This document shows, piece by piece, positions 46,401 through 59,124 of a stretch of DNA of 64,000 bases. A model generated the notes under the pieces. It was not told where the DNA came from. It made no database searches and saw only the letters and a list, made by a program, of their open reading frames with translations. Source of the DNA: Enoplolaimus lenunculus (lineage: Eukaryota); assembly GCA_030248215.1 (NCBI GenBank), contig JASANG010004131.1, forward strand, positions 186,001 through 250,000, in the 5' to 3' direction. The translations under genes and the position numbers were made by a program. Numbering within the stretch: the stretch's first letter is position 1; each line of letters begins with the position of its first letter.

Positions 46401-49183
46401 GTCAATAGCCGGGTGGGCATGGCGACGGTTTCAGCCCCGCTCCTTGACGAATTTTAAACCACTAAACAAGTATTATCCAACTCGTCAGAACCTCATGTAT
46501 GCACCTCCGAAAATTTTTTAGATTATTCCTAGCAAAGTGATCTGGCTACTGGTCTGATCTATTATAGTTGTGATTTGTTCAAGTTGTGACTGATAATTAC
46601 CAGTTGGTGCGAACCGTTTCAATAATTGGCTATTTCATACGATACGTGGGCTGAAACCTATTATTTCAGAATTATTTTAATTGTAGCTTAATCCATTACC
46701 AGCTTAGGTACTCGCTTGCTTCTGCCCGGCTCCCGCCCCGCAAAACGTTCTTTCAGTGATTGGATGAATAAAATAGGCTGAGGTTTAGGCTAAAGCTTTG
46801 ATTGAAACGGTAGCATGGTGCAAACTATTGCAATCCAATTAATAACAGTGTGAAGGAAACTTAACAAATATCTCAGCTTATCAATGCTTACCTGTTGATC
46901 ACCAGCATAAAATATCATTGCAGACGGTCGAGCAGTTTTGAACGACGCAAAAAATTCTTCATCACGCGAAACGAATCCAGCACCGGCGCTCGTCAAATCG
47001 TAGCTCAGATATTCGTAGCCCATAAATGTTGCATCCAATGGAAATAGAGCTGAAAAGATTCAAAAATTTTAATTAACATTGCAACTAAACGATTGCATAT
47101 TTCTTAACATAGTTATCGTCAAAAACAAGCCGCCAGCTCGTAGAGTAACTGTTCTATTATACATATTTCAGCGTGTTTTCGTTACACTTTGGTTCAAATT
47201 AAACCAGAAGCAAGTGTACCGCCAGTCGCGTCGCCAGAGAAATCCCAGGCGTCTTGATTCCTTAGCCAACGACCCACAACTGTTTTGCCACTGCGGCAAA
47301 GAATTTTAACACTGCCAATAATTGTGCCTAGAGCCACGCTGGGGTTCGCTCGCCATGTGTTCTTGATATGTCTACAAGAACATAATCTATGGGTAACTAT
47401 GGCACAATTAATGATTGGATCACACATGCAAACCCAAACAGAACGAAAATTTGTCATTGGAATATATTAATACTTTTAAAATGATGTCATGGCTTTCCGC
47501 TCGCTTCGCTTGCAAATCCTTTAAAACTCAGTTTAGTTTTGCTGTCACGCCTGCTTCTTCAGGTCATTGGGCAGCAAAAATCCTGGCTACACCACTGGTA
47601 AAATGACTTACGTATATGACAATGTTGCCCAGTAAAATCAACGACATCGCATTTGCATTTCGGTCCATCGTCCGTCGAATAGCAGTATCCACCGTTTTTG
47701 CAGTAATCGCCCATACAGTAATCGTCTGCAGTCTCGCGAAATCCGCCCGAGTCCAAGATATGTGGCGGTGCACGAGCTCGAGAATAAATTCGATACGCAA
47801 CGTTTCGAATGCTACCCTGGAACGGCGGCACCTTGAGCGCTAGCGGATAACTCAACAGCGCTGGTTTGATATCCGGCGGAAGTCCACCGACAAAAACGTC
47901 ATTGTTTGATTGCCAATTGCCAAACACAAACACCACAGATCCGGGAAGCTTTCCTCCTACGGCCGGTGCGGCATTCTTCGGTTTTCCATTCGAATTATTA
48001 TCGGAAGTTGTTGGTTCAAGTGGCAGTTGAACAAATTCCGAATCTTGATCTACGGTCAGTTTAACTTTATTGTATTGTTGTTGAAAGTCAACTCGATGCC
48101 AGCGTAAATCGTTCATTCGAGCTCCGATGTTCAACCATTGAACTGCCGTTGGACCCATATTCATCCGTCGATAGTGTGAGTTTTGTGCACCAACGTAGCG
48201 GCGAAGTCGAAGTTGATGCCTGCAATAAAGAAGAAAATTAAATTCCGATTCGAAGTCATGAGCATTTACTCGGATTCAGATTTGCGGTCGGTCGGTCACA
48301 TGAATTACTTATATATGTATGATTTTGTTTTAACCCTTTCCCGCATACAGTCTCATCACAACGAGCAAACGCCCAAAAAACTCTACAATTCACATTTGTT
48401 ATAGCGTATGCACAGTACAAAGTCTCCACAAGACATGAGAGCCTTCTCGAGCTCGAGTCCAATTTGCTATGGATGAGTGGTGATGGTAAACGCCTATTGC
48501 CAATTCTAACGACCCGTATTTAATTAATTGCAGTCGAAATTGTACAAAATCCATGCGGAAAAAAGGTTAAGTCTATTCTTCTCAGATAGCACTCATACAG
48601 TTACTAATACAAATAAAGTTTGGCAAAGTCGTTGAAGAGGACCACGGCGCCCCTTGCGTTCCGCGTTCTTGTTCAAGCCCAGCGCATTGAATGGAATTTT
48701 TGCCGAAATTAGTTTTTAAGAGACCAAAATAATACCAATGTGTTCGCATCTATATCGTACTTTTGAACAGTTTTAAATTTCGTGTTAATATACAAAACCA
48801 GCTTACCTTTTCCACATCCGGTCCATATCCGGAGCGCCGTTAAACATTTTTACCGCCTGATCACGGCCGAGCGGCAAACTGCTATAAATGCGATTCAGTC
48901 GAAACTGCAATTTCACAACACCGTCCGAAAGGCGGATTTCGTAGAAATTTTTGCCCCGACCCCCATCATCAGTGTAAAACAGCAGTCCTGACGGGCGGTT
49001 TGTTTTAAATTCAAACGTTACTCGATTATCTGAACTATGATACCATTTCGGGTAGCGAACGAATGATTTTGGCGAACCGTCCAAAATGAACGCTTTTGAT
49101 TGGTCAGTTAATATTGTTATCACTGCAGAGAGCACGGTTAACTGGCTAATTGTTGCTGCGTTGGGAAATCTGGGAAATTTCAT
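19430..49183 (-). CDS. nrx-1: Alpha-neurexin (signal peptide, LNS1-EGF-LNS2-LNS3-EGF-LNS4-LNS5-EGF-LNS6, Cys-loop stalk, TM helix, PDZ-binding tail), 20 exons, about 1751 aa
   Basis: Exons 49183-48807, 48219-47612, 47049-46892, 45912-45724, 41576-41418, 40966-40765, 40166-40018, 38640-38502, 37988-37807, 37151-37013, 36265-36048, 35190-35082, 34520-33519, 32926-32807, 32157-31979, 30261-30090, 29778-29517, 28025-27923, 27308-27158, 20067-19430. Phases are compatible and the total is 5256 nt. Motifs: FVRYPKW, FKTNRPSGLLFYTDDGG, CQNLGQCTEGWNRYLCDC, LNDLKWHTV, CIQQWNGIECDCSMTTYSG, TM IVGISVGAVVVIFLLIFLA, C-terminal KEWFV. An upstream in-frame ATG at 49225 is an alternative start. Confidence 0.95.
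20243..20660. mobile_element. TA-flanked (Tc1/mariner/pogo-like) MITE
   Basis: Ends CTGTAGTGACCCGAATA and TATTCGGGTCACTACAG, preceded by TA. Relatives at 4806 and ending at 22340. Confidence 0.75.
20851..21060. mobile_element. Palindromic MITE-like element
   Basis: CGACAATTCGTCGCCCGACAACT and AGTTGTCGGGCGACGAATAGTCG are inverted arms built of short CGAC-containing subrepeats. Confidence 0.6.
22709..22863. mobile_element. Merlin-like TTAGGC-bearing MITE (GGCCAATGTTACT subfamily)
   Basis: Ends GGTCAATGTTACTTTTAGGGGCGT and ACGCCTTTTAAAGTAACATGGTCC. Flanks CAATATTT and CAATATTC match 7/8. Confidence 0.8.
23117..23269. mobile_element. Merlin-like TTAGGC-bearing MITE
   Basis: Ends GGCCAATGTAAACAACAGGG and CCCTGATCTTTACATGAGCC, with CCTAAG units inside. 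Confidence 0.78.
23287..23635. mobile_element. MITE rich in TACTTAAGTA palindromes
   Basis: Ends GGCTGGGTTTCTGAA and TTCGGGAACCGAGCC. A homologous copy starts at 38681. Confidence 0.6.
24027..24326. mobile_element. PIF/Harbinger-like MITE with an internal 21-bp GC-rich tandem repeat in inverted arms
   Basis: Ends GGGTTGCGATATACTT and AAGTATAGGGCAACCC, followed by TAA. (ACGGCGCCGTACGGATGACAG)n at 24180-24290 has reverse-complement copies at 24055-24125. Relative at about 51453-51566. Confidence 0.7.
25792..26035. mobile_element. Merlin-like MITE with an expanded (TTAGGC)n array
   Basis: Ends GACCCATGTATAGAACAGGG and CCCTGTTCTTTACATTGGCC. Perfect 8-bp TSD GATACCTG at 25784-25791 and 26036-26043. 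About 12 TTAGGC/CTAGGC units at 25872-25944. Confidence 0.9.
27630..27773. mobile_element. hAT-like MITE (CAGG(C/G)CCGTAGCCAG family)
   Basis: Ends CAGGCTCGTAGCCAG and CTGGCGACGAGCCCG. Flanks AGTGAGAG and ATTGAGAG match 7/8. Relatives at about 29360-29490, 37615-37772, 42270-42432, 46400-46556, 54741-54908, 57595-57760 and 59568-59707. Confidence 0.75.
31272..31770. mobile_element. MITE-like element rich in GATCC/GGATC subterminal motifs
   Basis: Imperfect inverted ends (GTGGATCTTATCGAATC and GATTCGATGCAGATCAC), with clusters of GATCCG near both ends. Confidence 0.5.
36509..36706. mobile_element. Long-hairpin MITE with CACTG(C/T)AAAAAA-type ends
   Basis: About 80-bp inverted arms (CTGCAAAAAAT..GAGTCAAATTGACTCT..AATAGGCTTTTCCTGACT and AGTCAGGAAAAGCCTATT..AGAGTCAATTTGACTC..ATTTTTTACAGTG). 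Partial copies at 39770-39950 and 62535-62638. Confidence 0.78.
39018..39660. repeat. Tandem array of about five 132-134 bp hairpin-containing units in neurexin intron 7
   Basis: Units start at about 39018, 39150, 39283, 39417 and 39549. Each holds a ~38-bp inverted repeat around the 14-nt loop CACCAAACTAAGTT. Confidence 0.9.
40573..40677. mobile_element. Truncated Merlin-like TTAGGC MITE
   Basis: TTAAGCTTTAGACTAATT, then TTAGGC units, then the end TGTTCTTTACATTGGCC. Confidence 0.7.
41740..41906. mobile_element. Degenerate Merlin-like TTAGGC MITE
   Basis: Contains AATTAGTCTAAAGCTTAAGCTTACT and the end CCCTGAAAGTTACATGGGCC. Confidence 0.65.
42546..42721. mobile_element. hAT-like MITE nested in a GGCTCTTGTACAC-family MITE (about 42494-42789)
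   Basis: Ends CAGTGGCGGATCCA and TGGATCCGCCATTG. Perfect 8-bp TSD TGTCTACG at 42538-42545 and 42722-42729. Confidence 0.88.
44131..44310. mobile_element. GGCTCTTGTACAC-family MITE with TAAGCC-like repeats
   Basis: Ends GGCTCTTGTAAACTTT and AAAGTGTACATGAGCC. Confidence 0.7.
45331..45522. mobile_element. Merlin-like TTAGGC-bearing MITE
   Basis: Right end CCCTGTTCTATACATTGACC. Flanks GTACTTTA and GTACTCTA match 7/8. The interior is shared with the other copies. Confidence 0.8.
48334..48566 (+). mobile_element. piggyBac-like MITE
   Basis: TTAA-CCCTTTCCCGCAT at the left and ATGCGGAAAAAAGG-TTAA at the right. The core is homologous to 6089-6351. Confidence 0.75.
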
Positions 49184-49607
49184 CCAATGATGTGCGACCG
49201 AACGATGAGCGTCCCAGCACAACATCAGTGCATTGAAACGATTAGGCCACAACGACGCCAATCAAAGCCGAGTATTGCAGCATTGCTATGATTTCATTGG
49301 ATAATTGGATTTCGATCATTTTTAGCGCTAGAATTCGATCAATTTCAAAGGCAGCAATGAAATAAATTGTAATCCTTCAACCTTCGTAGAAAGATTGAAT
49401 AAATGCTGGTATCGCATGATTTTTAAGTCTGATAAATTATAAGCTCTTATATAAACTATAAAGTATACACAAAATTTTGCCAAAAGTGTTGGGAACGGGG
49501 GAGTTTTGGGGCCTTTGTGCAGAATTGCATATGATCCGCGGTTGGCGAGCAAACAAGGGCCGAGTAAAAAAATTTCTAACGTGGATGTACATACAGGTAA
49601 AAATGGC

Positions 49608-49797
49608 GACCAATGTATAGAATAGGGCGTAACAGTAGTATAAGCATATTCCTTAGCCTAAACCTACGCCTACACCTAAGCGTAAGAATTAGTTTATACC
49701 TAAGCCTATGCCTAAGCAAAAAGTTAGTCTAAAGCTTAAGCCTACTCTGTTGCAATCTCGCAGAAAAACGGTTCCGTTCCTGATCTTTACATGCGCT
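49608..49797. mobile_element. Merlin-like TTAGGC-bearing MITE upstream of the neurexin start
   Basis: Ends GACCAATGTATAGAATAGGG and CCTGATCTTTACATGCGCT, with CCTAAG units inside. Confidence 0.78.
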
Positions 49798-49822
49798 AAA
49801 ACGTTAATGTGTTAATCTTTAC

Positions 49823-50020
49823 GGAAAATGTAAAGAACAGGGACCAAACAGTATAAGCGTATTCCTAAGCTTAAGTGTAAACCTAAGCCTAAGCGTAAGA
49901 ATGAGCATATTCATAAACGTAAGCCTAAGCCTAAGCCAAGCAAAAAATTAGTCTACAGCTAAAGCTTACTCTATACTAGTCCCACAGACATACGTTCCGC
50001 CCCTGATCTTTACGTGGGCC
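49823..50020. mobile_element. Merlin-like TTAGGC-bearing MITE
   Basis: Ends GGAAAATGTAAAGAACAGGG and CCCTGATCTTTACGTGGGCC. Perfect 8-bp TSD ATCTTTAC at 49815-49822 and 50021-50028. Confidence 0.88.
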
Positions 50021-50377
50021 ATCTTTACACCACCTACCATTTTGATAAAAAAATCACAAACATATCTGATTTAAGACAAAGTTAAATTTTTAAGCTGAAC
50101 CGATTTTATGACAATTAATATTGTTAATCTATTGCAAAAATTTTCTATTTAGCCACGCAAATATAAAATTGTTTTGCGACAATTAGTTAAACTTTAGTAA
50201 CGTTTATTCTAATTTTCTCAATATAGCCGAACAAATATTAGTACGAGTACAACGGTGGGTTACGGTTTAAAGTCATTTGGCACGAATATACCTGCGTTAT
50301 ATAAAACCATAAAATTTTCGCGGTTACCCGCTTACTTTCAGCTTACACGTTTATCAACACTGGCTGATGTCAAATGC

Positions 50378-50496
50378 TAAGCCTAAAGCCTAAACATTCT
50401 CTTAATATTAAGCATAAGCCTAATCTCAAATCTTAAGCCTAAAGCCTAAACATTCTCTTAATATTAAGCATAAGCCTAATCTCAAATCTTAAGCCT
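50378..50496. repeat. Exact 56-bp tandem duplication bounded by TAAGCCT
   Basis: TAAGCCTAAAGCCTAAACATTCTCTTAATATTAAGCATAAGCCTAATCTCAAATCT occurs twice, followed by TAAGCCT. Confidence 0.9.
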
Positions 50497-52802
50497 ATAT
50501 ATGAAAATCACTCGAAAACCGTGTGAAGTAATGTGTACAATTGCTCAATTTTCCATTGAAATCATATATAATAGATGTATTAGTAAAAAAAGATCATAGC
50601 TGTAACACGTCGATCAGCCGAAGAGTTAGAATATTTTCGGCAAATTTCTGCTGCTAAAATTTTGTACAATTAACTGAAATTACAAAAACTGGTAAATCAA
50701 TCAATGTTCGAATGTATTTCATTTGAAATTCGATCCGAAAAACGGTTTTTGCAACAAAATGGTAATAAAATTTAAAAGTATATGAAACTTTACTATTAGC
50801 AGCTGTTTGATTGCGCTCAAGTAACCGATCTAAAGTCAATATGCGTGCCAAGACTGCACGCTAGTAGCATGATAGCAATTAATTAATTGCAATATTGCAC
50901 CAATGGCCTATGAAGCGAATGGGTATCAGAGACGACAGGCTACGCAAAACGAATAAAATATTAGGCCTTAACATAAGAAATTGGCAAATGGTTGACTACG
51001 ATTCACTGAAACACGACGGTACAACCTAACAGAAATAAATACGGATATGTAGGCGTCCCCTCTGGGCCCCCATTCAGTATGGTCCCTGACAGTAATAGCA
51101 TTTCAGTTGACGATAACCTGGCTAAAGTTTGCTGCGATTGTTGAAAAGTTATATTGAACTAAAATACAAAGATTATCCCATATGTTACTATCATGCAAGT
51201 CAACTATTTTAAGTCGACGTGTAAAGTAGCGGTACTACTGGGTGTAATTAAAATACTGTGTTTGCATACTTAAGTTATTACATATACCTTACCATTTTAT
51301 CACAAAAAAATTCTGCGGGAAAAATTGTTTTTAACAAAAAATAATTTTCTGAGGGGAGAAATTGTAAGGTAGGGACCTTACCATTTTAACACAAAAAAAT
51401 TGCTGATGGGGGCGTACACACACCCTCCCCCACGCCCCCCCTGGATCCGCTAGTGGGCGCGATACTTTTTAATGTTTTTGTCATCCGTCGCTGTGCGTCT
51501 TCGAGTATCGTATGCGACGGCGACGTACGGCGAGGGACAGCGTCGGATGACAAGTATAGCGCCACTCATAGTCATTTTGTACCCCAAACAGGATAAGAAG
51601 CGTTTCAATCGGCCAATTGCAAATTTCTTCAGATCCCATTGAAATCTTTTGGACCCATATAACCTTAGCGTGTTGGGCTAACAATGACGGACCAGTGTAA
51701 AACTGCTAAAGACAAGTCGTTTCAACTTGATCACTTCACTACAAAACACTATAAATACTCTACGAAGCAGCCGGCATACGCAGAAGCGAATCCAACAGGC
51801 GGGCACCCAGGCCTCTAATAGGATCGAAACCAAGATGTTGTATTAAGATTTAGTACTAAAAATGTATTTAGCTCCTCGCTCGTTTCGTTTGTAAGCTTTT
51901 TTTTCGCAATTTTATATATCACACAGCCGCCACCCTCATCAAAAATTTCTTTATTCAACAGCGTTCACCAAAAACAACAACAGATGTGTACCGTGGCCCG
52001 TTGAAACGAATTATTAAGACGCCTAACAACTTATAATTTTAAACTTGACGCACGAAACTTCAAAGTCCCTTCTAGTTCGCCGCCGTACATCCAGACAATA
52101 ATCATTTTCAAGCCTAATCAACTAGAATTCCTACTCTCTATAAACGTGAACCAGAGTAGTGACCAGATTGGTGTTTTGTGCGGCGGTTAAAGCCGCTAGA
52201 TGGGGCAAAACAATTTATAGATTGTTCAGGTACAATTTTAGAACTGAGTTTTAACGTTGCCTAAAAATTTTCTTAGCTATAAGTGGGGAAACGATAACCG
52301 CAGGGTGAGGCACCACCCCCGTAACTGCGGTCAGTCCGCTGGCACTAACTATTACATTTACCATCGCGGGCTAATGGCCTTAGAATTGCGGCCTAATTTT
52401 AGCAATAATATTTTCATTCATTTGAGTTTAAATGCGTGAAAATGTGTGTACTTGTTAAATGCGCATGTCTCTAACCGAATCTAGTGTGGCATTTGCAGCA
52501 TCAGGCAAGTCTGGTTTTTCTAAGAGGGGGCCCTTATAAGTATCCACTACGTATGGATTGTCAGTGTGGCACCGGACTTTCCCCCGCAGTGACAGCGGTC
52601 TGCTTTTCTAATTGTTTAGATTCGCAAATTTGTGACATTGTTTCTGCCCTACATTTGATGTTAAATACTGTTAGTTTGAATTGTAATTGCTGCAGTGTGA
52701 ACTCAAAATAGGAATTTAAAAAATTGAAAAAAAGAAAAATTGTCCTATATAATTCCGGGTTGCTTAAACTAGTGACACGTGTTAATTAATCAATGTACTA
52801 AG

Positions 52803-52935
52803 CAGGGTGCAACCAAAATTCCTATTCCGATGAAAATTCCGATTCAAAACGAGTTCCTATTCCGATTACAATTTCGGTATAAATTTGCTGTTCCAATTTT
52901 GATCCTGGTAGAATCCGGTTCCACTTTGCACCCTG
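52803..52935. mobile_element. Short hAT-like MITE
   Basis: Ends CAGGGTGCAA and TTGCACCCTG. Flanks GTACTAAG and GTGTTAAG match 6/8. Confidence 0.7.
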
Positions 52936-55900
52936 GTGTTAAGTATATTTTTGGAAGTATTAATCATAGTCGGTGTATAAAATCCCGAAAGTTCATGAAA
53001 CTATGAATAAGAAACACATGCAATAGTTTGGAATAGTTATTTTTCAGCAATACCTGCTTCGTTCGATCGTTTTAGTTTTCGACAAACACTGTTTAGTGTA
53101 GAATAAATATGCAAATCAAACCCGCTTAGCAACCTCTATAAAATTTATTCAATATTGTGAGGCATGTGGCCAGCTCAATGTGTTATAGGGGGCAAAAATA
53201 TTTGGTAACGGCATGCAAAGTGATCAAATGCGTTAAAAGCGAGGTTGAAATTTTCTAGGAGGGTCAAAGTCTTCCAATCAGAAAGTGAGTCTGATCTGGG
53301 CTCATCTGACTACTAAACCGAATAGCATTTACACAAGTGTTTGCGCTAATCTAATTAATACTTGTACATCTAACGCAGCTACCACAATGTTTGGATCCAA
53401 TATGCAGGGCCGGAGCAGCCACTACCATAGCCCCCATATAGGCTGTGCACCTACCCCAAAGAGTACCCCCACCATAACGTTTTAAACAAAAAATTTGCAC
53501 AAATATTTTGATCGTCACAAGTGGGCGCCACCCCGGAATTTTGCAGGATCCCCACCCTAGTCTGCTGCGGCACTGCCCATATGCCTCTAAATCTCATCAC
53601 ATGTTGTACTTTTTACGCTCATCTGAACCAGCTGATTTGTTGCTAATTGAGGAGCATATATTTGGTTGTTTGAAACGATTTCGAAACAATAGAAAACTGA
53701 TTAGGTTACGGCATTTCAGCCGGCCTAATTGCTTTGCCAGCATAGGCCACTAAAGTTCGCAAGGGTGGCCTAATGAGATGAACCATAGATTTTGAGTTTC
53801 GGGCTGAAGAATAGTTTTTTGACGGTTGCAAATGAATCATTAATCAATGCGACATTTTATGGTGCGGTGTAAAAGCTGAATAATACCAAATTTGGACAAT
53901 AAATTATGTACCATGTTTATATGTAAAAATTTTCGTTACAAATTAAAATTTTGATTTTAAACAGGCCCCTATCAGCTGTGGATTATGTTTCTACAGCCAG
54001 TGTTAACGTGTCTTTTACTAGCGTTCCCGGCCATTCTCTCATCAAACCTCTGGTAATTGCTTCAATTTATTATTAGTAAGTTTCGTTGAGAAAGCGTCGG
54101 TTGCCAACACTTTCTCAAGTTGACTTGAGCCAACAATTGAAATCCGAAAAAAAATTGCGCTAATGTAACGTTGAACTTTATTTTCTAATCAAAAAATTAT
54201 AGATATCTATTGTCAGTAGACAGTTTGGTATAAATATTTTACTAATATTGAACAGCATTCGGGCGTAAATTACCACTTAAAAATTTTCGTTTTGCTCACC
54301 TTATGCGATAATCATCGATAAATCTTGAATCTCGACGTAATTGCATTTTGGTTTGGGGGTGTTTTATATACGCGGGTTTGTGGAAAACAAATAGCGAAGA
54401 ATGTGGGGAAAAATGGGAAAGTATTTATTTATTATTACAAATTTCATCATTAATTTCCTGACTACAATCAATTGCGTCGAAGTTTAGGCAGTCGCAACAA
54501 CTGGAGTTTATTAAAACGTCTCTCAGTTGCCAACTGGGACACATAAGTGTCCAGGGCGATAAGCAACGGCGATTTTGCATGGAAAATATATAATCAACCT
54601 GTATCAAGCCATGATAATAGAAAATTGCATTAATTACTTCCGCTTTTGTAAAATATACAAACAATAGAATGGTAATTCAGGAAACGCTCTACTTATATGC
54701 GACATCATGCTTAAGTTATCACAAGCCATCGTGAACAGTTCGGACCCGTTGCTAAGAGGAGGGTCAGGAGGGCTCAGCACCACTGGAATAATTTTGCCCC
54801 CCTCCAGAAAATTTTCAACCTCTTTTGTAAGTCATCAAAAACCTTTGTATGCCGCCCATGAAAAATTTTTGCTTCCCCCCCTTGCAAGGAGTACTGGTTA
54901 CGAGCCTGTACCAGCTAATTCAACCTTAAGGATTAATATTTGTGTTGTATGTTTTTACTGCCATGTGTCCATTTGTCCAGAGTTCTCAGTACGGCCACTA
55001 CTACTGTAGAACACGCACTGTCTTTAAGTTTGCTAACTTTGAGATGATAAAATATGGTACAAACAAAACCTTAAGACCATTTTTTTTAAATTTGTGTTCT
55101 ACGGTACGTAGGTATGAAAGTTTTCACGTTATACCCTCGATAAGAGGATTGAAATCATTTATTTCCAATTTAATATATAAAGTCAGAATATTTTTGCCAT
55201 TGTTTCAAATTGTGAACAGAGCAAATTTTAGCAAGCAAAGCTTCCTCAATCTCATCACTCAGTTGTGAAGTCATTCGTGATGCCGGGTTTCAATTATAAA
55301 TGAAGGCAAACACTATTCGACCCATGGCGGGCATCCGAGCTGTGCCCCACTCAAGCAGAGCTCAAAAAAGTTGTAATAAGATTTAGTACTAAAATTGCGT
55401 TTGGCTTTTGGCTCGCTTCGTTAGTGGCCTTTTTACTATGATATTTCGTACATCCGCCCGTCACCAAGAATTTCTGAATTCGCCACAAAAGACAGAAAAC
55501 AATGATTGATACTGGCTGCCGAACAGAACCATTAATTTGTGTTTGAGATATATCCGTTATTTTCCAAACAGAATACAGCTATCAAATATATACACTCTTT
55601 GAATTCGGACCACAAAAACGTCCGGTATTGCGTGCGACTCAAGGCACAAAATGTCGTATACGATACTTTTCCAATCCATTTCGTTACCTCCTTAAGTTAA
55701 ACGATTTTTCTTCCAATATCAATTTTTGCTCCCATTGGCACGTTTTTCCTTTAAAAATTATTACCATTCTTTCCTCAATAAGCCTCTTTGACCCTTTATG
55801 GTATACGATTGTTTTCCCAAGTATGAATAGATTTTTTAAAATTAACGCTAATTTCAGAAACCAAAATGACACTGGCCACTACAATCAGTAGCACGATCAA

Positions 55901-58900
55901 CACAACAATTTTATAAAAAAATAGAGGCATCATACCCACGTCGATATTAGAATTGTAATGAAATGGAGCACGTAGCGAGAAAGGGGCCGGGGGGGGCAGG
56001 AACGTAACCTAGGAAGGACTTCGTTTCGCAAGGGTGTAACTTCACAAAAGAAAATTTTCTTAACATTTTGGAACGAGAAAATTATATTTTAAATTCGTGT
56101 TCGAGCGGCTGTTTTGTTTTCTTTAAAACGTTTCGGGAGGAAACATATCCGCTCGGTTCGTCCATTTGCATGCGCCTTTGCCAACGTGGAACTCAGCGCA
56201 TCCTACACAACTTTAACACCCCTAAAAAGATTTAAACTTTGGCTTGTAAGTCACTGTAAATCGGTTTAGACGTCTCGCAAGGAAATTAGCTACGGGCTTG
56301 AATAAAATTATGTGAAGTTTGCAAATATTATATAATATTCATGCAAAAAATACTTGAAATTATGCTATTTTTAAACAAAATACTGACATACCGATGTATA
56401 ACTTTCATCACCGTTAAATTTAGCCAGCAAAACCGATAAGACATACTTTAAACACGACTAAATTATTCATAATCGCAGCAAAATAATAAAGTAACGCTTA
56501 AGACCATAATAGGCTTTAACTTAAGTTCATATTTGGTTGCTCAAAACGGAAACTTTTCCCAAAAAATTAGCAAAAATCTTATCTGTATTTTTAGTATTTT
56601 CATGCGTTATAACGTTTTCGACGAGGAAGTTTACTCTAAAACCCAAACATGGCTGGTTGAAACGCTTATATGCATCGACAGATACAGGTTGTAGTTATGG
56701 ATCCAGAACAGCATTGCTAACTAGTGATGAACATCGGATATTTTATCATATTAGGATATCCGGCAATTCTTGCCGGATATCCGAAATTTAATTTTCTGTT
56801 TCAAATATCCGAAACTTGATATTGCGTTTTTTGGGTTCTGAATATCAATTTTTGTTCCTCAAGCGCTTGCTTTAACTTGTTACTCTAAGGGAAATACTGT
56901 GACCCACAAGTTGAATGCTACGAGCGTAAAACATTCAATTCTAATAGTAGTTTTTTTATTATGCAACTGCTTCATTATAGTGCTAGGTATTGAGTTCAGA
57001 AAATTGCTACAAACTAATAAATACTTGCCTTGGCCACCTTAAATTTTGTTGATTTGGTTTGTCTCCAATTCTATCGAATGTCACTCTTTCATCAAACTAT
57101 ATATACACGAGTTGTTTTACGTTTCAAGTAACATGAACCACATCAAAATATACCTACGCTAAATCGTACAAACATCAGTCCGAGCTCATCAGCTCTGTGT
57201 TATGGGAAATTCAAATGTGCGTATTACAGATTTTCTTCTTTTATAAAAAATGAATAGATAAGATATAGATAAATTGTGAGACATCCGGTGACCTCAAACG
57301 GTAAACACACGCTGCGGTGGCTTCATACTTAAAATTTCAGGAGTAAGCAATTAGATTTCTTAAAAATACTGCACAGCTTTGACAAACTACGCCACGCGAG
57401 GTCGCAGGACAAGTACATACAATACTCAACGCAACAAATTTAAAGCTGAAGACAACCCAAAAAGAATTTTGTATAATTTCGGCTAAATGTAGCTGAAGTT
57501 CTTTTAGAAGCCTCACTGGAAGGATACAAGCTTGAGTTGAATAATGTAACCTAAACAGTTTTATTATACATTAATGTTGCCATCAAATCAAAGATGGGCC
57601 CATAGCGGCACAGAAGCCAGCGGAATTATAACCCGTCTAAAATATTTTGACCTATACCTTTGAGTAAAATTTACTCAGCTGGTGATTTATTGAAAATCTC
57701 CACATGGCCCTCCGAAAACGTTTTTGTCGTTCCCAACATGGTGAGCTGGCGACGGACCTGACCCAAATGGTGCAAGCCATTAATCAATTTAGCCTGAATA
57801 ATCAGTTACGAACACAAGCCTAACGCATGCCCCATTAAGTACCCGCTACACCGCTTTATTCCTGTTCAACTCGACTCGTCTAAGTTTTGTGCTTCAATTT
57901 CAAATCTCCACTAAAGTATACCTGAAACACAAGTTCAACCAAATGATACTTTACTTAGAACGACGCAGAAAATAAAATAGAATTGCAAAACCGAAAGTCT
58001 GCTACCGTCTGCATACTATTCTACCGGTGCCTATAAATGAAGAAAAAACACGATCCGCTTCAGTCTCATTGATGGTAATATATTCTGTGTTTAAACAAGC
58101 AGTTATTTCGAGGTTTAGTCCAATAAGAAAGCTTAGTAAATATTTACCCGTCGACTGTTCACGAGATATCTTGTTTGCTGACACACGTTCAAATCTGTAG
58201 CCTGCCGACATCATATTAGAGAGGGTGGGTATAAGGTTGAGCATTGGACATTTGCCCAAACAAGCTTATTAAGTCAAATCTCTAAACCTAAAAGCCTAAC
58301 CTTAAAGCCTACTAACACAAAAAGCTGTAAACGCTCGAAAACTCTGGGTTGCAAAGTATACATGAGCCAAAAATTGCCTGTTTCGGACTTTGTCCTCAAA
58401 CATGCGCCTATCACAGAGTCGAATTATATATTTTAAAATTTTTTGCGGATTTTGAATTGTCTCTACCTTTTCTGATGATTCCATTCTCAAATTTGAGTTT
58501 TCGAAAAATTTCACTTTTCAAAGTTTAAAGACCAGAGTTTAATCAGTTTTATCGAACAATTGGCAAACAATATTTGACACAGTTAATAAAACCTGATTTT
58601 GAGAGTGGCGTTAAATTTTTCGCGGTCAGAGCCGATTAATATTGTGCATCACGAGCGTTTTAGCCTAATATTTTTATTATTATTATTATTATTATTATAA
58701 TGGCTTGGCAACATTTTGTTCGACAATAATTACTTCAATGACTGATATAATTACCATTTTCAATAACGGTAATGCAGTGAAACACTAAAAACTAATCGTC
58801 ATTGTTAATTAGTAAAAATTTGCATAAATTTAAATTTACCTTGTTTATAAGCGTTAGCTTTTTGCGTAAAACTTAAAACCGTTTCAATGATTCGGTTTGT

Positions 58901-59124
58901 TTTCAACAATTATTGAGGGTACTAACTTTTATTGTAAAATTCCAGTTTAAATAAGCTTGAAACCAGCGGCGAATCAAGAAATTGTTTAAACTGAAGATTG
59001 ATACTTTGAAGTTGCTCAGTAATTTTACTGTTTTAAGCGCGTTTATAGCACATTTTTCGATACTTTACGATAGACCAATTTACGCCAAATGCGCAACATT
59101 TTTAAATTCGTGTTGTAAACCTCA

